The notes below the pieces were generated by a model. The model did no database searches and had not been told where the DNA came from. It was given only the letters and a program-made list of their open reading frames with translations. The position numbers were made by a program, and so were the translations under genes. DNA of 64,000 bases, taken from the NCBI GenBank assembly GCA_036172245.1, contig JAYWIR010000006.1, forward strand, positions 4,278,001 through 4,342,000. Reading direction: 5' to 3'. Shown piece by piece: positions 1 through 13,171 of the stretch. This DNA is from Raillietiella orientalis. Lineage: Eukaryota. How positions within the stretch are numbered: the stretch's first letter is position 1; every line of letters starts with the position of its first letter.

Positions 1-3000
1 TCGTCAACGGGCTGCCTGGGACGAGGGCGGCTGCGAGACCCAAAAGGAAGGTGGAAGAGGCCGTTCGAAACGCAAGGGGTGGTGTTCACTGAAGCTTCCG
101 TCTTCCCTCCTCCCTGGGAACAAGCACACAGGAAAACGCGCGTGGTGAAGACCTACCTCTGCAAGCGGTGCACGGTCTCCGTGGACGGCACGGGCATTCC
201 TGCATCTCCCCCACTCCTACGATCGCAGCAAGACTGGATGGGCGTGTTCGTTCTTCGGTGAAATTTCGACGCAATCTCTTCTGCGAAAGAGTACTTTCGC
301 CACCCTTGCCGTCACCTTTCAGCTGGCGCTGTTGACATCCAGTAATTACGGCCGTCCAATGAAGTCCTGGTACTCAGTGGGTCGAAGCGCACCATTGCCG
401 CACGCACAGTCATTAGACGTACGAAGAACGCTACGGGCAAAGCGCGTGTCCGGTGCGGTGTGGTAACGTCTGTTGCCTTGGGCCTTGTGGGGGGCGCCTC
501 CTCCGTCCGCGCGTTCCGCGCTGCCAGCCGTCGCAAAATCACGGACGAAACGCGTGTTTCGAAAAACGGTGCGCGTGTGCGAGGATGACGTCATGGAACG
601 AAACGACGGTGCCACTCCAGGAGCCGCGGACGCGCACTACCGCCCATTCTGCTCCACTGCCGCTGGAGCGCCAACCGGCGAGGTGGTCTCGCGCCTTTCT
701 CCCTTCTTTCCCCCCCATTATGCTTTCCGGCCGCGCGGTTTGCAGGTGGCGCCCACACGCGGTGCGGTCGAGCAAAGGCGGGGGTGGGCCCGCCGTCGGC
801 CCACCCGCCTCGGCCGACGTGTGCACGCTCCGCTCGGCGAGGTTTCTCCGCCCCCACCCACGGCAAGGCGCGCAGGGTGCTCTGAGAAGGTCGCCATTTT
901 GGGAGCCGAAGTACGGCGCCCTCCAGGAGGGACCGCGTCGGAGGAGGAGGGGTCGCAGGTGCGGTTGCGAGAGGGCGGGTGGTTTCCCGGAAGACTCCCG
1001 AGCGGGCGCTGCGGTGCCGAGGAGGACGCCGAGGGTTCTGGAGGGATCAACGAGAATCAGGAGCCGGCGGTGTCCAAGGGAGGGGACGGCCCGAGGGGGA
1101 GGCAGAGGACTTGCAGGAGGGTCATCGGCAGGACCTCGGCATGCATACAAGGGAACGAAAGGTCCACGGGGAGCCGGAGAAGACATCCGAGGACGCAAGA
1201 CGAGGGAAGTCGGCAGGGATCCAAGGCAGCACTGAGACATCCAGGAAGCCTCCCAAAGGCGATTCGGTCGGCTGACCCCCTGAAGGCATCACCCGATGCC
1301 GGGACGAGAGGGCCTCCTGAGTTTTCTGTCCGCGCCTCCAGATGGAGGAGGACTCGGAGGGAGGCAGATGGTCCGCCGTCCACCCGGAGGAGCCACCCGT
1401 AGGCTGATAGCACGGCGCCCTTCCGCGTCTCTGGAGGGGAAAAGGGAAAGAAGGGGACAGCGGACGAGGGCGTTGCCGCCCTCCCCCCCCACCTCGGCGC
1501 CCCGAGGGAAGAGCGCCGTCCGCTCGGAGTGTTCCTTACAATCAGTTCCTCTTTATGGCTTTATGAACCTGGAGGTGCAGGTTTCCTTACAATAACACTT
1601 TATGCTCACGTCATAAAAAGGGAGAGGCTAATGTATCGCTCAAATTTTAACCAATACCTCTGGAAATGTTTTGTGCTGTGATTTGTTCTGCTTCTCCACA
1701 ACCACATGCAAAACACTGTGGCTAAAGGCAAAGCCGAATATTATTGCTAATAATTCACACCAGTCACATTTGCTAGTCTTCTTCTTACTAAGATCTTGTT
1801 TGGAAAGGTTTTTTATGAGTTTGTGATGAACACATTTACTTTCAGCTACTTTGGCCATATAAGATTCTATTCCGGCATGACGACATATAAGTAATAGAAA
1901 ACTAATTTTCATCCATGCGTAGACAACCTTCCAAGGGTCAGAAGTATCTGTTTTGGTTTTCCTCCTCCATTATCTTATCTCATTTTTTTTTTTTTTTCTT
2001 CGTCCGCTAGGAGGGGGATTCCAGGAAGGTAGGATCTCAAGGACTCCCCCCCCCCTCTCGGGAGCTCCAGAACGGCCCGATGAACGTCGGGGAGGGGCGG
2101 CTGCGGGCCCTTCTTCCAGTCTTTGGCGCCCGGCACTCCTCAGGGAAGGAGGAAGCGCTCCCGGGGAAGAGGAGCGGGAAGAGGCGCGTTAAGCGGTTGG
2201 CGTCCCTTGGAGGCGGCGGCTCGCGTGCCGAGGAGGAAGAGGCGCCCATCCTTCTCCCGAGGAGGAGGAATGGTATGGAAGGGTCTCGGGAAGCCTTCCT
2301 GATGGGAGGAGCGGGGTCGAAGGAGTGAGTGGAGGACGTCTGTGCAGTCCCTACTGCGGTCGCGCTGGCTCCATGCGGTGGCGGCGCCCTCCTCCCCGCA
2401 GAAAGTGGCGCAGCGATTGAGGGCCGCATCTGATGACCTTACTCTGGGCGCGATTGCACGGGAGGTATCCCGGGCGACGACTGCGGGGCGTTAGCTCCCC
2501 GCTGGTAGAGGTGGGTCGTGGGAGGTGGAGTAGGGCGTGGGGAAACGTCGCGCACGGTGGTCGGCCCGCCTTCGGGAATCTCCTTTGGGGTTGCGTTCGG
2601 GGCAGGTCAACCTGACCTCGATCCCCACCTCCCCTTCCAAGGGCCAGCGGCGTGGGATGAGTCCGGAGGGGTTCCTCGTGGGTAAGGGGAGGGACAGAAT
2701 CGGTGGTCACGCGGCTGACCGGGTCTTTCGCGAAGAGCTTCAGGTTCTTCCTGGCAGGGATCAAGTCGACTGAAGAGACGCTTTCGGGTCGCCTCGAGCA
2801 AAGAGAGGTCTCTGCGCCATGGCGACCGCCGCCGACTGCTCCTCTTCCTCGTGCGGAGATCCCTGGCTGGGGCTAGGGCGGCAGGTGAGGGAGGACCCAA
2901 GGCAAGTAACCCTAGCCGCGTGGTTCCTGAGGAAAACGGTCGGTTGGTCTCTCAAGCCAGCCGCGGGCTTCCAGAAGTGGCGCAGGAAGAGGCAGAACCA

Positions 3001-4095
3001 CGGCAAGGGACAGGCCGAGGAGGCTGCTGAGCCCACAGAGCTGCCCCCGCGTGGGCGACGACTTTCCGCGTCCGAATGTGTTCCGTCAGAAGGACGCAGA
3101 TGCTCCTGGAGCTCCTGGGCGCTGCCACCCCGCAGGTCCGCCGCGGAGGATCCGCAGCGCTGGCTGAGCGCCGGCAGTGCCCCTGGCGGAGCGGAGAGGC
3201 ACGCGCGGGTCCGTCGCTCCGTGCCGCCCCTAGGCACACGAGAGAAGGCGTGGCGGCGTCGCGCCCTCCCCTCCTTCCCCCCGTGAGGAGACGGCACGCC
3301 AGTCAATCTCCCTCAAGGGCCTGCTAACCCAGCGAACCCTTCGAGGAGGGAGCGTTCCACCCGCCCTCCTTCCGGGGTGGAGGGAATCCTACAAAAGGAC
3401 GAAGCTGCAAGAGAGATTTTGCCCGGGTCCTTCCGGGCTGGTGGACGGGAGAGGGACGATGTTTGCCCTGCCCAGACACCCAGCACCCGCGCGGAAGCAC
3501 TCGATCGCTGCCCGGCAACGGCGCCTCTGCTGGCAGAGAGCGCGTATGAGCCCTCTCAGATGGCGTCTGCGATCTCCCCTTCGGGAAGGAGTCTGGGCCA
3601 TGGGTGAGCTGGGGAAGCCCCTCCCAGTGGGGTCTCCGAGGGCCCTCCGGTTGGTCAGAGGGGCCACGCGCGTCGCTGGGAGACAGCGGCGTCTGACCTG
3701 GCTCTCGGCGTGCCGCCGGCGTGGTCAACCGTGAAAGGACGCGCGCTCGCGCTTCGCGGCGAGGCTGGCCGTTGGGCAACCGCGCGCAGGCGGCCTCGTT
3801 CGCTGCCCTCCCCTCCCCCTTCCAGCGGACCTCTCGACGCTTCCGTGCTTGGCGCTGCCGCGTGTTCCGCTTTTAAGAGCCGGCCACTCGGTCGTCCCAG
3901 CGACGCAGCCTCGTGGGCGCGGCAGTGCGAGAGACACCGCGCGCGCGGCAGCGTCCAAGCTGCGCACCGCAGGCAGTGACAAAGCCCCAGGCAGCCCCTC
4001 CCCTCCCCACCCCGGCCCGCCCCCGGCACCGCCCCGCTTGGCCCGGGGACTTCCCCGGAAGGGGAATATGACGTCGGCAGGCCCGCGCGCCCCCT

Positions 4096-7000
4096 ATGGT
4101 GCTGAACATGGTGCTGCCCTGCCCCGCTGCCAGCGACTATGACGTCACCTACTGCCTGAAGCAGCGGTCCTCCGCGTTCTCCGTGAAGCGGCTCGGTTGC
4201 TTCCAGGTCGACGGTACGTGCAGCGGCCCCTCCTCCGCGGGGGAGACGGCTCTTCCTTCCCGCCCATATCTATCTACCTTCCTGTCTTTATCCTCTGGAA
4301 CTTTTTCCTGCTTTTGCCCTTCCTGCCCCTCTCTGAAGTCCTTCCTCCCGTCTCTGCTCTTCTGACCCCATCTGCAGCCCCTCCTTCCCATTGCTGCCCT
4401 TCCTGACCCTCTTCTCTGCTCTCCCTATTATTCTCCCTGTTGTTGTTTTGTACCAATGCTGTCACTGTTCTGTCGCGCGAGGGGCTTCCCGATGGTTTGA
4501 CGGGTCCGAACCAGCAGGAGAACCCGTCGCGAGGGCTTCGTTCTGCTTTCCCCTGATGCCTCGAGCTCGCGGGAAGGGGTGACGCGCGCACCGGCGCCCG
4601 CGTGCTCGGTCGTAGGGGGCCGAGCAGAAGTTCCGCGTCGCCGACCGCAGCCTCGCTCCGCCGGGCCGGGACCTCCCGAAGGGGCAGACGCGTTCCCAGG
4701 ACAGGCAAAGGAGGTGGCGGCGCCCCCGCGTGGAGCAGAAAGACCCTCGGACGACGCGTGCCCTGCGCGGACGCGATCTCGTTCTCGCCGCCTGTCGGCA
4801 GACTCAGGAAGTGCCAGGGGGGGGGAGTCTGGCGGGCGAAGAGCCGAGTGAGACCTTCCCGGGCGGAGGTCTGCACCCTGCATGTTGCGGCTCGGAAGAT
4901 TCCCGTTCAGAGCCGTCCGTCCGCCACGGGATGCCACATGCGTGCGGCAGACGCGCTGACTCGCGCGTCCACGCGCAAGCGCACGCAAACGCGTGCATGC
5001 ATTAGTGAGGAGAGCTCGGTCGTCGTGGCAGCGGAAAGGAAGAGAGAGGGGAAGGGAAGGGCATTCACTTTTGTGCCCTACCCCTATCTATCCGGTCACC
5101 AAGGCAACCGGCATGCCTCTGGTTACCGATGGTGGCGTGTCTGTCGCTGCCACGGGCAGACCCGAGCTGCGTGCGACCCGCTCGTCTTTCCAGCCCCAAC
5201 CTCCGTAGGCGATGGCGCCATGACCCAGGATGACCCCTGACCGTGGAGACGAGCCTTGCCGCAGGCAGCCCGTGGGTGTGGAGGGCGGGCGCCACCGACA
5301 GCGGTGCGTCCGACCCCCCGCGCTTCTGGCTTTCCTCGTCCGCAGCTTTCTGCCAGAGTGCCCGCGGGCAAGCAGAGTGCGCAGCGCTTCAGGGTCCCTC
5401 AGGGCGTGCGGCCCGAGCAGGTAGTCCCGGGATCGACCGCTCGGGCAGCCCGGCGGTTGGTGGTGTCGCCGGCTGGTCTGGCGCTGCGCCCCTGCGGGCA
5501 GCTGACCGCGAGGGCTCCTTGCCAGAATGGACGCACATGGGATGTGATGCCTGCGGTCGGGCTATTCGGTGGGACCCTCGAGGGCCCTGCCGGGCACTGG
5601 CGCCCTTGGCGGCTCACTGGCAGGGGCTTCCTCGCCCCGTAAATCGGTCCACTTCGCTGGAGCAGACGCGCCCGCTGAGGACCGGAAGCGTAAACGCGGA
5701 AACCGGGAAGCTCTCCTGCCCTCCAGACGGCGGAAGGGAGTTGGGAGGGCGCGACATGAAAAGCCACGCGAGGGGCAAGGAAGGGAGTGCCCTTGACCGC
5801 CAGTCTGCTCCCACCGCCAGAAGCCAGGAGCGCAAGCAGCTCCATCCGCGGGACCGTCCCGGGCGCCATGAAGGAGCTCGGCAACGTCGGGAAGAGGCCT
5901 TTCGTGCTGACCTTCCACAGCGGCTTCGGCTCCGTGCCCTCCAGGATCACCCCGGATAGGCAGAAGTCCAAGGTCTACAGGTGAGGCGCTGCCGAGCGGG
6001 ACGGCGGCGGCGGCGCCCAGCCACGTCCCACCCTCGCTCCCTGGGGCGGAGGAGGGGGACCTCCACAGTGGAAGGATCTCCTCCTGCCGCTCCTTCATCG
6101 CGTACCCCTGCGCTCGTCCACTGCCGCCCCCAAGCGGGGTCCGTGTGCGGCTGCCGCCTTTCGGCGGCGTTCGCGGGGAAGCTTCCGAGGCTTGCCGCCA
6201 GGGGCGGACGCGTCCGAGGCGAAAGTGGAATCGCGACGAGGTAGCCGGGTGAGCGTCGCGCTGCCCGCCGACCCCCCGCGCATAACCACGAGCGCCTGGG
6301 GCGGGAAGCGCCCTCTGCGGAGACCTCTCGCGGATGTCTTAGCTCCTGAGCGGCGTGCGACTTCCTCCCTGCTCGCTGAGGGGAGGAGGGGGGCGGTCCC
6401 CAGAGGGCGACTCGTCGCCGCCGCCGTCCTCCTCTGCAGGGTGGGCGTGGGGACGGACTCACGCTGCTGGCCTCTTCCTCCAGGACGAGACTGAGCCAGC
6501 TGCTTAGCTGCATGTACGCCGCCTTCGTCATGACCCTCGGCCTGGTGGTCTACGTGTCGGACCTGCTTTTGCCCACGGCCGTGGTTGTGCAGGTAAGCGA
6601 ACCTCCTTCTCCCCCCCCCCCTCGTTCTCCCTTCCTTCCTGGCCGCCCTCGGAGTGCTGCGCTGGAGATAGTTCGGCAATTGGACTGCTGACCTCACGGC
6701 AACCTGGCACGAACTTCCCCGATGGGGCCTACTCGATGGAGTAGGCGGCGACCCGAGACGGAACCTCCGGGGAGGCCTTCCTCCTCCTCCTCCCCCTCCT
6801 CCTAGAACCCTTCTCCCGTTTCGAACTGTCCCTCGCTCCGCTTCGGGACGGTCCGTGACCGCTGCGGCGTCCACGCGCGAGACGGGGAGCACTGACGACG
6901 CCTGGCGTCGATTCCCAAAAGCTGCTGTCGACTCCGCTTCCATCCGAGTGATGCCGCTGCGGAGGTCGCCGCCTTCCTCGAGTCGCCCCGACACGGTGCC

Positions 7001-10000
7001 CGTTTCCCGAGGGCCCGGAAGGGAGGAAGCCCGCTGCCCTCCTCGCTCCGCAGGGTGCGTCTGCAAACCCCTCCCCTCCCCCCCTTCATCCTGTCTCCGT
7101 GGGGAGGGAAGTTTCTTCCTGGCAACGGCGCGGATGGCCCGTCGGGAGTGGCAGAGAGAGCGCGACCTGGCGCGACGGGATCCTGCCCCGAGGCGATATC
7201 CCGACGTGGCCTCCGGCTGGACCACCACCACCCCTCCTCCTCCGTCCGGAGGGCTCCCTCACCCTCCACTCCTCCCCCTCTTCCTTCCAGTGCTTTGGGC
7301 TGTACCTGAGCGTGGGGTCGCTGCTGTGGCTCATCTTCCTCCACTTGGACATCCGGTGGGACGCCTCCCGGACCAAGAAGGAGGAGCTTCTCGAAGGTAG
7401 CCTGGTAGAAGGGGGGCAGGAGCGTCAGACTCGAATATTCCCGGTCCAGAGCTGCCCGGTCCGTATGATTCGCTGGAGAGCCCGCAGTGCCCGACGGCCG
7501 ACGGCGGCTGCAGCGGAGAGTGGTTGCCGGCGAGGGACGCCGCTAGCGAGGACTTCCGGCGGGTCACGGCGCAGCTGCTGCGCCGTGCGTGCGCGAGGAC
7601 CTCCCTCCGGGGGACCGCCGGCTACCGCTATCTGTCGGGCAAGCACTGCGGCAACTTCTACCTGAAGATCGGAGCCGCAGGTTTGTCCGGCGCGCCGGGG
7701 TCGAGGGCGGGACGCCTGCTCCGCCCCGCCTCGGGCCTCACCCTGTGGCGGTTCCAGGCTTCTGTCTCGGGACGCTGATCAACGAGGGTCTGGACCTCAG
7801 CCGGGAGCTGATGCGCCTCGTCCGCGTTCGCGGCGCTGGCGCCTGCTTCAGCTACTGGCAGCTGGCGCTGAGCGCAGTCCACCCGGTCACCCTCTTCTAC
7901 GAGTTGTTCGTCCTCTTCAAATACTCCAACGTGAGTGGGGGTCGCGAGCCCGCCCGCCCGCCCGCCCCTCCGCCTCCCCTCTTCCTCCGCAGGTCGTCGT
8001 GAGCCGCCACAAGACGCTGGCCCGCTTCGGCTTCATGCACTGCATCTGCTCCAGCCTCTGCTTCTGGTTCTTCACCATCACCAAGGAGACGACGCACAGC
8101 TTCTACGAGAAGGTGCGCGGCGGGAGCATCCACCAGAACCATCTCATGCCCGGAGGCCTCAACGGCTCCCTGGACCTCTTCCTAGGTAAACTACGGGACC
8201 CCCCGCTCCGCGCCGCCCTTCCGGCTCGCCACGGACGCGTCCGCGACTTCCAGGAGCCATCAACGGCACCGTCCAGGGACACTTCCGCTGCCTAGGGGGA
8301 TCGACGGAGCTGACGACGCTCATCTCCAAGGCCTCGCCCTACCTCTACCCCTTCAGCGTCGAGTTCAACTTCCTCATAGGTGCGTGCAGCCCTCCACCCC
8401 TCTGCCACCTCCCCCTCCCGGCGCCGCCTCCAGCCCCTGCAGGAGGAGGAGGAGGGGAATCGCACTCCCGGAGCAACAAGGGGGTTGGGACGCGCAGTCC
8501 GGGTGCCCCGACGGCTGCGGCGGCAGCTCCGCAGCTCCCCACCGCCCGCCCGCGCGCACCTTCAGCGGAGCGCACTGACCGGCGGCAGGTGCCGTCCATC
8601 GCTGCGGCAGGAGCGCCGTCGCGAAATCCGGGAAAGTTCCTCCCACCTCGGGGGACGCCCGTCCGGCTGCTTCTCCGCCACGCCACCTACGAAAAAATCC
8701 TCCCCCCCCCATCCCACCCCCACCCCACGCGCCGAATTCCCCTTCGAGGCTGCATCCTGCTGTCTGGTCGTTGCGACGAGCCAGCGACGAGAGCGTCCTC
8801 TTGTCGCTCCGCTGCGATCCCTTGCCTGGTTCCGGGACTCGCCGCTCGATGGCAGCGGAGACACCCTCGGCTTGCGCGCGGTTTCCCTTCCCTCCTTCCT
8901 CTGGGTGCATCACGTCGAATGAATCGGAGATAAATTAAGCGTTTTTTACCTATCGCCCTCTCGCTCCCCCCCCCCTCCCCGCTCTCTCTCTTTTTGCCCC
9001 GTGCCGTAAAATGAAATCCCGAAATTCTCATTACGTGCGTGAGAAATTAAGGTCAATGCGAGAGATAAGCACGTAAATCATCTTGAAACGCTCTTGCTCT
9101 CTCCTCATCGGAAGAGGCCAAGAAGAAGAAGAAAAAAAAAAGCGCGTTCGCGCGCGAACCATCACGCTTCCTGCAGCTGATCTTTCCGAGGCGAGTGCTT
9201 TGCTCCTCAACCTCTTTTCGTGCCGGAGCTATTTCGGGGGCACCTCCTCCTCCTCTTCCCCTTCCCCCTCCCTCCGCCTGGTTCCCGTCGCCCTGGAAAC
9301 CTCTTCCCGACGCTCCTTCAGCCGTGGACCGGTGCGAAGTTTGTCCGTCTCCCACGTGGACCCCCTTCCTTCGTAGGTCCGGGATCGCTACCGGCGCTTC
9401 CGTCCGGTTTGATCGAGCGCGCGCGCCACTCTCCCGGGGGGGGGGGGGGAGGGGGGTGAAAAAAAAAAGAAAAAGCGCGCCTCCTTATCGCTAAAGGTCA
9501 TCGGCGCATCTCCCCGCCGCCGGTTTCTGCTTTGTTTGTTCCTCTTCCGTCCTCTCTTCCATTCGGGAAAGCGCGCGCTCACGAGAAGAACGGAGATAAA
9601 GCAACACACACACACACAGAGAAGCTCAAGTGGCGGCGGCTCGGAAAAGGTGCCACGTGGGGGGGGCCATCGGATTCCTCCCGGGGCTGCCCTGCCTTCG
9701 CTTCAAGCGCTTCTTTTCCGCCTTCGGTTCACCGGAAGGCATTTCAGAAAACAGCAGATTTCGCTCCCCTCGGTTTTCCTCGCCCTCCCTTTGGGCCGCC
9801 GCCTCCCGAGGAGCCCTTCCTGTGCTCCGCACATCCCGACCGGGCGCTCCTCCACTTCGGCGTGGGCCGAGGACCGGACGGCCCGCTGCTGCCGCCTTCG
9901 AGTTGCCGGACGGCGGCGACGACGACGACGACGGGCAGCGGCGGCGGAGCGGCCCGGGCCCTGCAGCTCCGGGCGAAGCTCGCGTGGGCACGCGGCGACT

Positions 10001-13000
10001 GGCTGGGCAGGCGCGCCAGTCGGTCGGGCGAGGCCCCGCGAAGAACCTGCCCGGGGGCAGGAGGCGCGGGCGGCCCCGCGGCCCGCGAAACGAGCTGGCT
10101 GCGAGGCTCGGGGGCAGTCGACCCCAGCGGAAACGCGTGGACACACCCGCGACACCTTAACGAGCGGCCCGCGCTCGCAATTAGCGAAGGCAAACAGCGC
10201 GAGCGGAGTGGTCCGGAGGGAGGGGGATGCGATTACTGCGGGTAATTATATCAGGCTTCGGCCGAAAAATTCCAGCGCGTGGAATCCATCGCGTCTCGTG
10301 AGGAAGTGAGAGAGGAAGAAGCGAGGGGGGAGAAGAAAAAAAAAAAAAAAGGGGGGGGGGGGGTCGAAAATCCTGCCGCAATCTTCCGTGGCAATTACAA
10401 CTGCTGACAGTTGGCGCTGCCCCCGTTGTTAGCGAGCTTTTGTCTCCCCCCTTGTACCGGAGCCTGCAGCTCCGCTCGACCAATGACCCACGCGAGCAGG
10501 GGAGCGCAAGATCGACTTGGAATTAACTGAAAAGTAACAAGTCAATTAATTATCTCCCGTTGCTTGAGTGCTTGCTTGCTCGTTCGGGACGCGCATGCGC
10601 GAGCGGAGTGATTGATGGGGGCGGCATTCCTCTCGCCCGCGCGGAGAGCGCGCCATCTGCCGCGAACGCACGCAAGCTCGTGGCGCGGCGCTTCGGCCCG
10701 TCACCGCTTGGCGCGCTCTCTCTCTCTCTCCCGCACCACCGTCGCTCAGCCGCTTCTCTTCCCCGCTGCGTGCCGTCGCGGCGTCCCCCTCGCCTGCTGC
10801 AAAGAGCGCTCACGCCCGGGAGGCGGCGGCGGCGGAAGCTCCCCGCTTCCGGCGGGATGGAAGCCGAGGGCAGCGGCAAGATGCCGCCGCTCCGACAGGA
10901 ACGGGCTCGGTTCTGTCCTTCCCCTCTCCCTTCCCCTCGAGTGACGCCAGCGGGGAGGTTGGCCCCGCTTCGCCGACCGTGGTGGAGTTTCCGCCGCCGC
11001 CGAGAGAGCGCCTCTCGCGGAGAAGCCACTCGGAGCTCCCGGCGGGTGCGACGGTGCTGCCGCCGCCGGGTCGCCATGGCGATCGCATCGGACCGCCGCG
11101 CGATGCCTATCGCGCGCACGCGCCCGATTCTCCCCCGACACCGGTGGCGAAACGGGGGGGGGGGGGGAAGTGTGCCGCGAGGGAGGGCGCTGCGCAACAG
11201 CAGAAGCCACGGAGAGGTGGCGCAAATGCTATCGTGCCCGTGGGATGACAGGGCGAGGACCTGGGCGGCAGGGCGGGCAGGTGTGTGCCTCTGCGCACGG
11301 ACCTGCGCGATAGGAGGGAGGCCGGGCAGCTGCAGTCGGCGCGAATCGGTAGGGTGCCTCGGGAGGAGGAAGAGGAGCAGGAGATGCCCCGGGGCAATGC
11401 GGACTGGCACCGACGCTCGCCTGGGCGAAGACGGCAGGAGGAGGAGGGTTGTCGTAGCAGCCGGGAGCGGGGAGCGCGAAGGACCCACCCATCGTAGCGC
11501 CACGAAGATCCGCTTGCGGAAGACGTGGTAAAGGGCTGTGCCCCGTCTGCGCCCGCGGGTCGGGCCTGTCGCCAGAGGAGTGCAGCACGTCCGCCTTCAG
11601 AAGAGCGGCGAGGTCGTCGGGTGACCTCACCGTGGCGAACCGCGCGGAGATGGGGGGGAGCGTCCGCGGGACAGGGAGAGGACCTCAGCTCGCATCCTCC
11701 CGCATGGAGATTTCCGGGGGACCGATGGCGCGGCGATGGCGCAGAGGAATTAATGCCAGCGCTCAAGGCGGTGGAGATCCGTGGACCAGACCCGGGCCTT
11801 CGTGTGCGACGACCGCTCGCCGCGGGGCAGTGCTGACGACGACTCTCCCGAAGAACAGCGGGGTCGCCGTGAATGCTCTGGGCTCCGCAGGGAGCGTAGG
11901 CGCTCGGCGGTCAGCGGCGGCGGGGACTAGGTCGGTTTTTCGTGGGGAACCTCCCGCTTCCGGCGGGGACTGAACAAACGGATGCCAGCGTGGCTCCAGA
12001 ACAGCAGCATACGAGAGGCGTGTCGCCACGGGGACGGCGGAGCCGTGGCGTCTCGTGTGGGCAGCAAGGCTGCCAGGTTCCGATCCATCGGAGGACGACG
12101 AGCGGCGGCGACACTCCAGGGGTGAGTCATGCGCCCGCGGGGGGCGGTCTCGGAGGAGGTGGTCGAGTCTGCTCCGCGGCGAAACGCGCAGGGTGGTCTT
12201 CCTGCAGGCGGGCGGGGGGCGGTTGGCCGAGTCTCCCTCCCGCCCCTCGGTTCCGCGCGCAAGCGCAGACCTCATCCTCCCCCCCTTCTCTCTCTCTTCC
12301 CGGACGCGCGTTCGCGTGCGCAGCAGTCACGTGGTTCGTGATGTGGCAGAACATCGGCAGGAGCGAGGGCTGCCCGCTCCCGGCCAGGTGCCCCCCCGAC
12401 CACCATACATGCTACCAGCACCAGGAGGCGGCGGCGGCGGCGGCGGAGCGGAAGAGGGCGGCGGAAGGCGGCATCCCCTTCAGAGGCCACGACGTGGTGA
12501 CCGTGGATTGCCACGCGGCGACCCGCGGCCTCCTGGCCGGCTTCTTCGTGCTGGTCTTCACGGTGGTCAGCCTGATCATATTCTTCGTCGCCGAGTCGGA
12601 CCGCGCGTACGTGGACCTGGGCGTCCTCCTCAGCCACGTGACCCAGGCTGCGCTGCTCAGCCTGATGTCGGCCGCGGCCGTGGGTGCCTACCACCAGCTG
12701 GTCAAGCTGGACGTAAGCCGCAGGAGCGTCAGCGTCCTCGACGACCTCCTGCTCTTCGTGTCCGTCCCTGCCTTCTTCTTCTACGGCATCTTCAGCATCG
12801 TGGCCGGGGTCGCCTACCGCAGCTTCTTCTCCGTGGCGGTCGCCGCCCTCAACGTCCTGCAAGTGCTCATCCAGACGCCCCTGGTGGTGGAGGGTCTGCG
12901 CCGAGTCAGCAACTCCCCGACCCTGCAGAGGACCAAGCCCGGCCGCGGTCTCGTCACCTTCCTCATCATCTGCAACCTGGCGATCTGGATCCTGGACACC

Positions 13001-13171
13001 TTCGGGCTGAAGAGCACAGACGACCACACCGCCAAGACGCTCTTCTACGGCGACTTCCTGTGGACTGTCTTCGGCCACCTGACCCTGCCCCTGTGCCTCT
13101 TCTACCGCTTCCACTCCACCGTCTGCCTCGCGGACATCTGGAAGTGCGCCTACGAGCCGGAGGGCTCCTGA
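4096..13171 (+). CDS. Otop: Otopetrin-family proton channel (OtopL-like), 9 coding exons, about 687 aa
   Basis: Hand-spliced with GT-AG introns and consistent phases: 4096-4213, 5821-5980, 6484-6592, 7291-7396, 7450-7680, 7758-7930, 7993-8185, 8254-8379, 12324-13171 (2064 nt including TGA). The translation has otopetrin hallmarks: LLSCMYAAFVMTLGLVVY, HCGNFYLKIGAAGFCLG, FKYSNVVVSRHKTLARFGFMH, SPYLYPFSVEFNFLI, VMWQNIGR, VDCHAATRGLLAG, KPGRGLVTFLIICNLAIW, LPLCLFYRFHS. Exons 1-2 rest on splice phase and codon bias only, so they are less certain. The exact paralogue is not assignable. Confidence 0.93.

Noticed and set aside
79..261. KTYLCKRC as a zinc-finger or transposase C-terminal fragment
   Set aside because: Only one CxxC pair with no further ligands or upstream context in the window.
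11229..11690. Nested antisense gene in the otopetrin intron
   Set aside because: Short stretches look codon-biased (e.g. LYHVFRKRIFVALRW), but I could not build a consistent spliced model or recognise a domain. Stranded RNA-seq would be needed.
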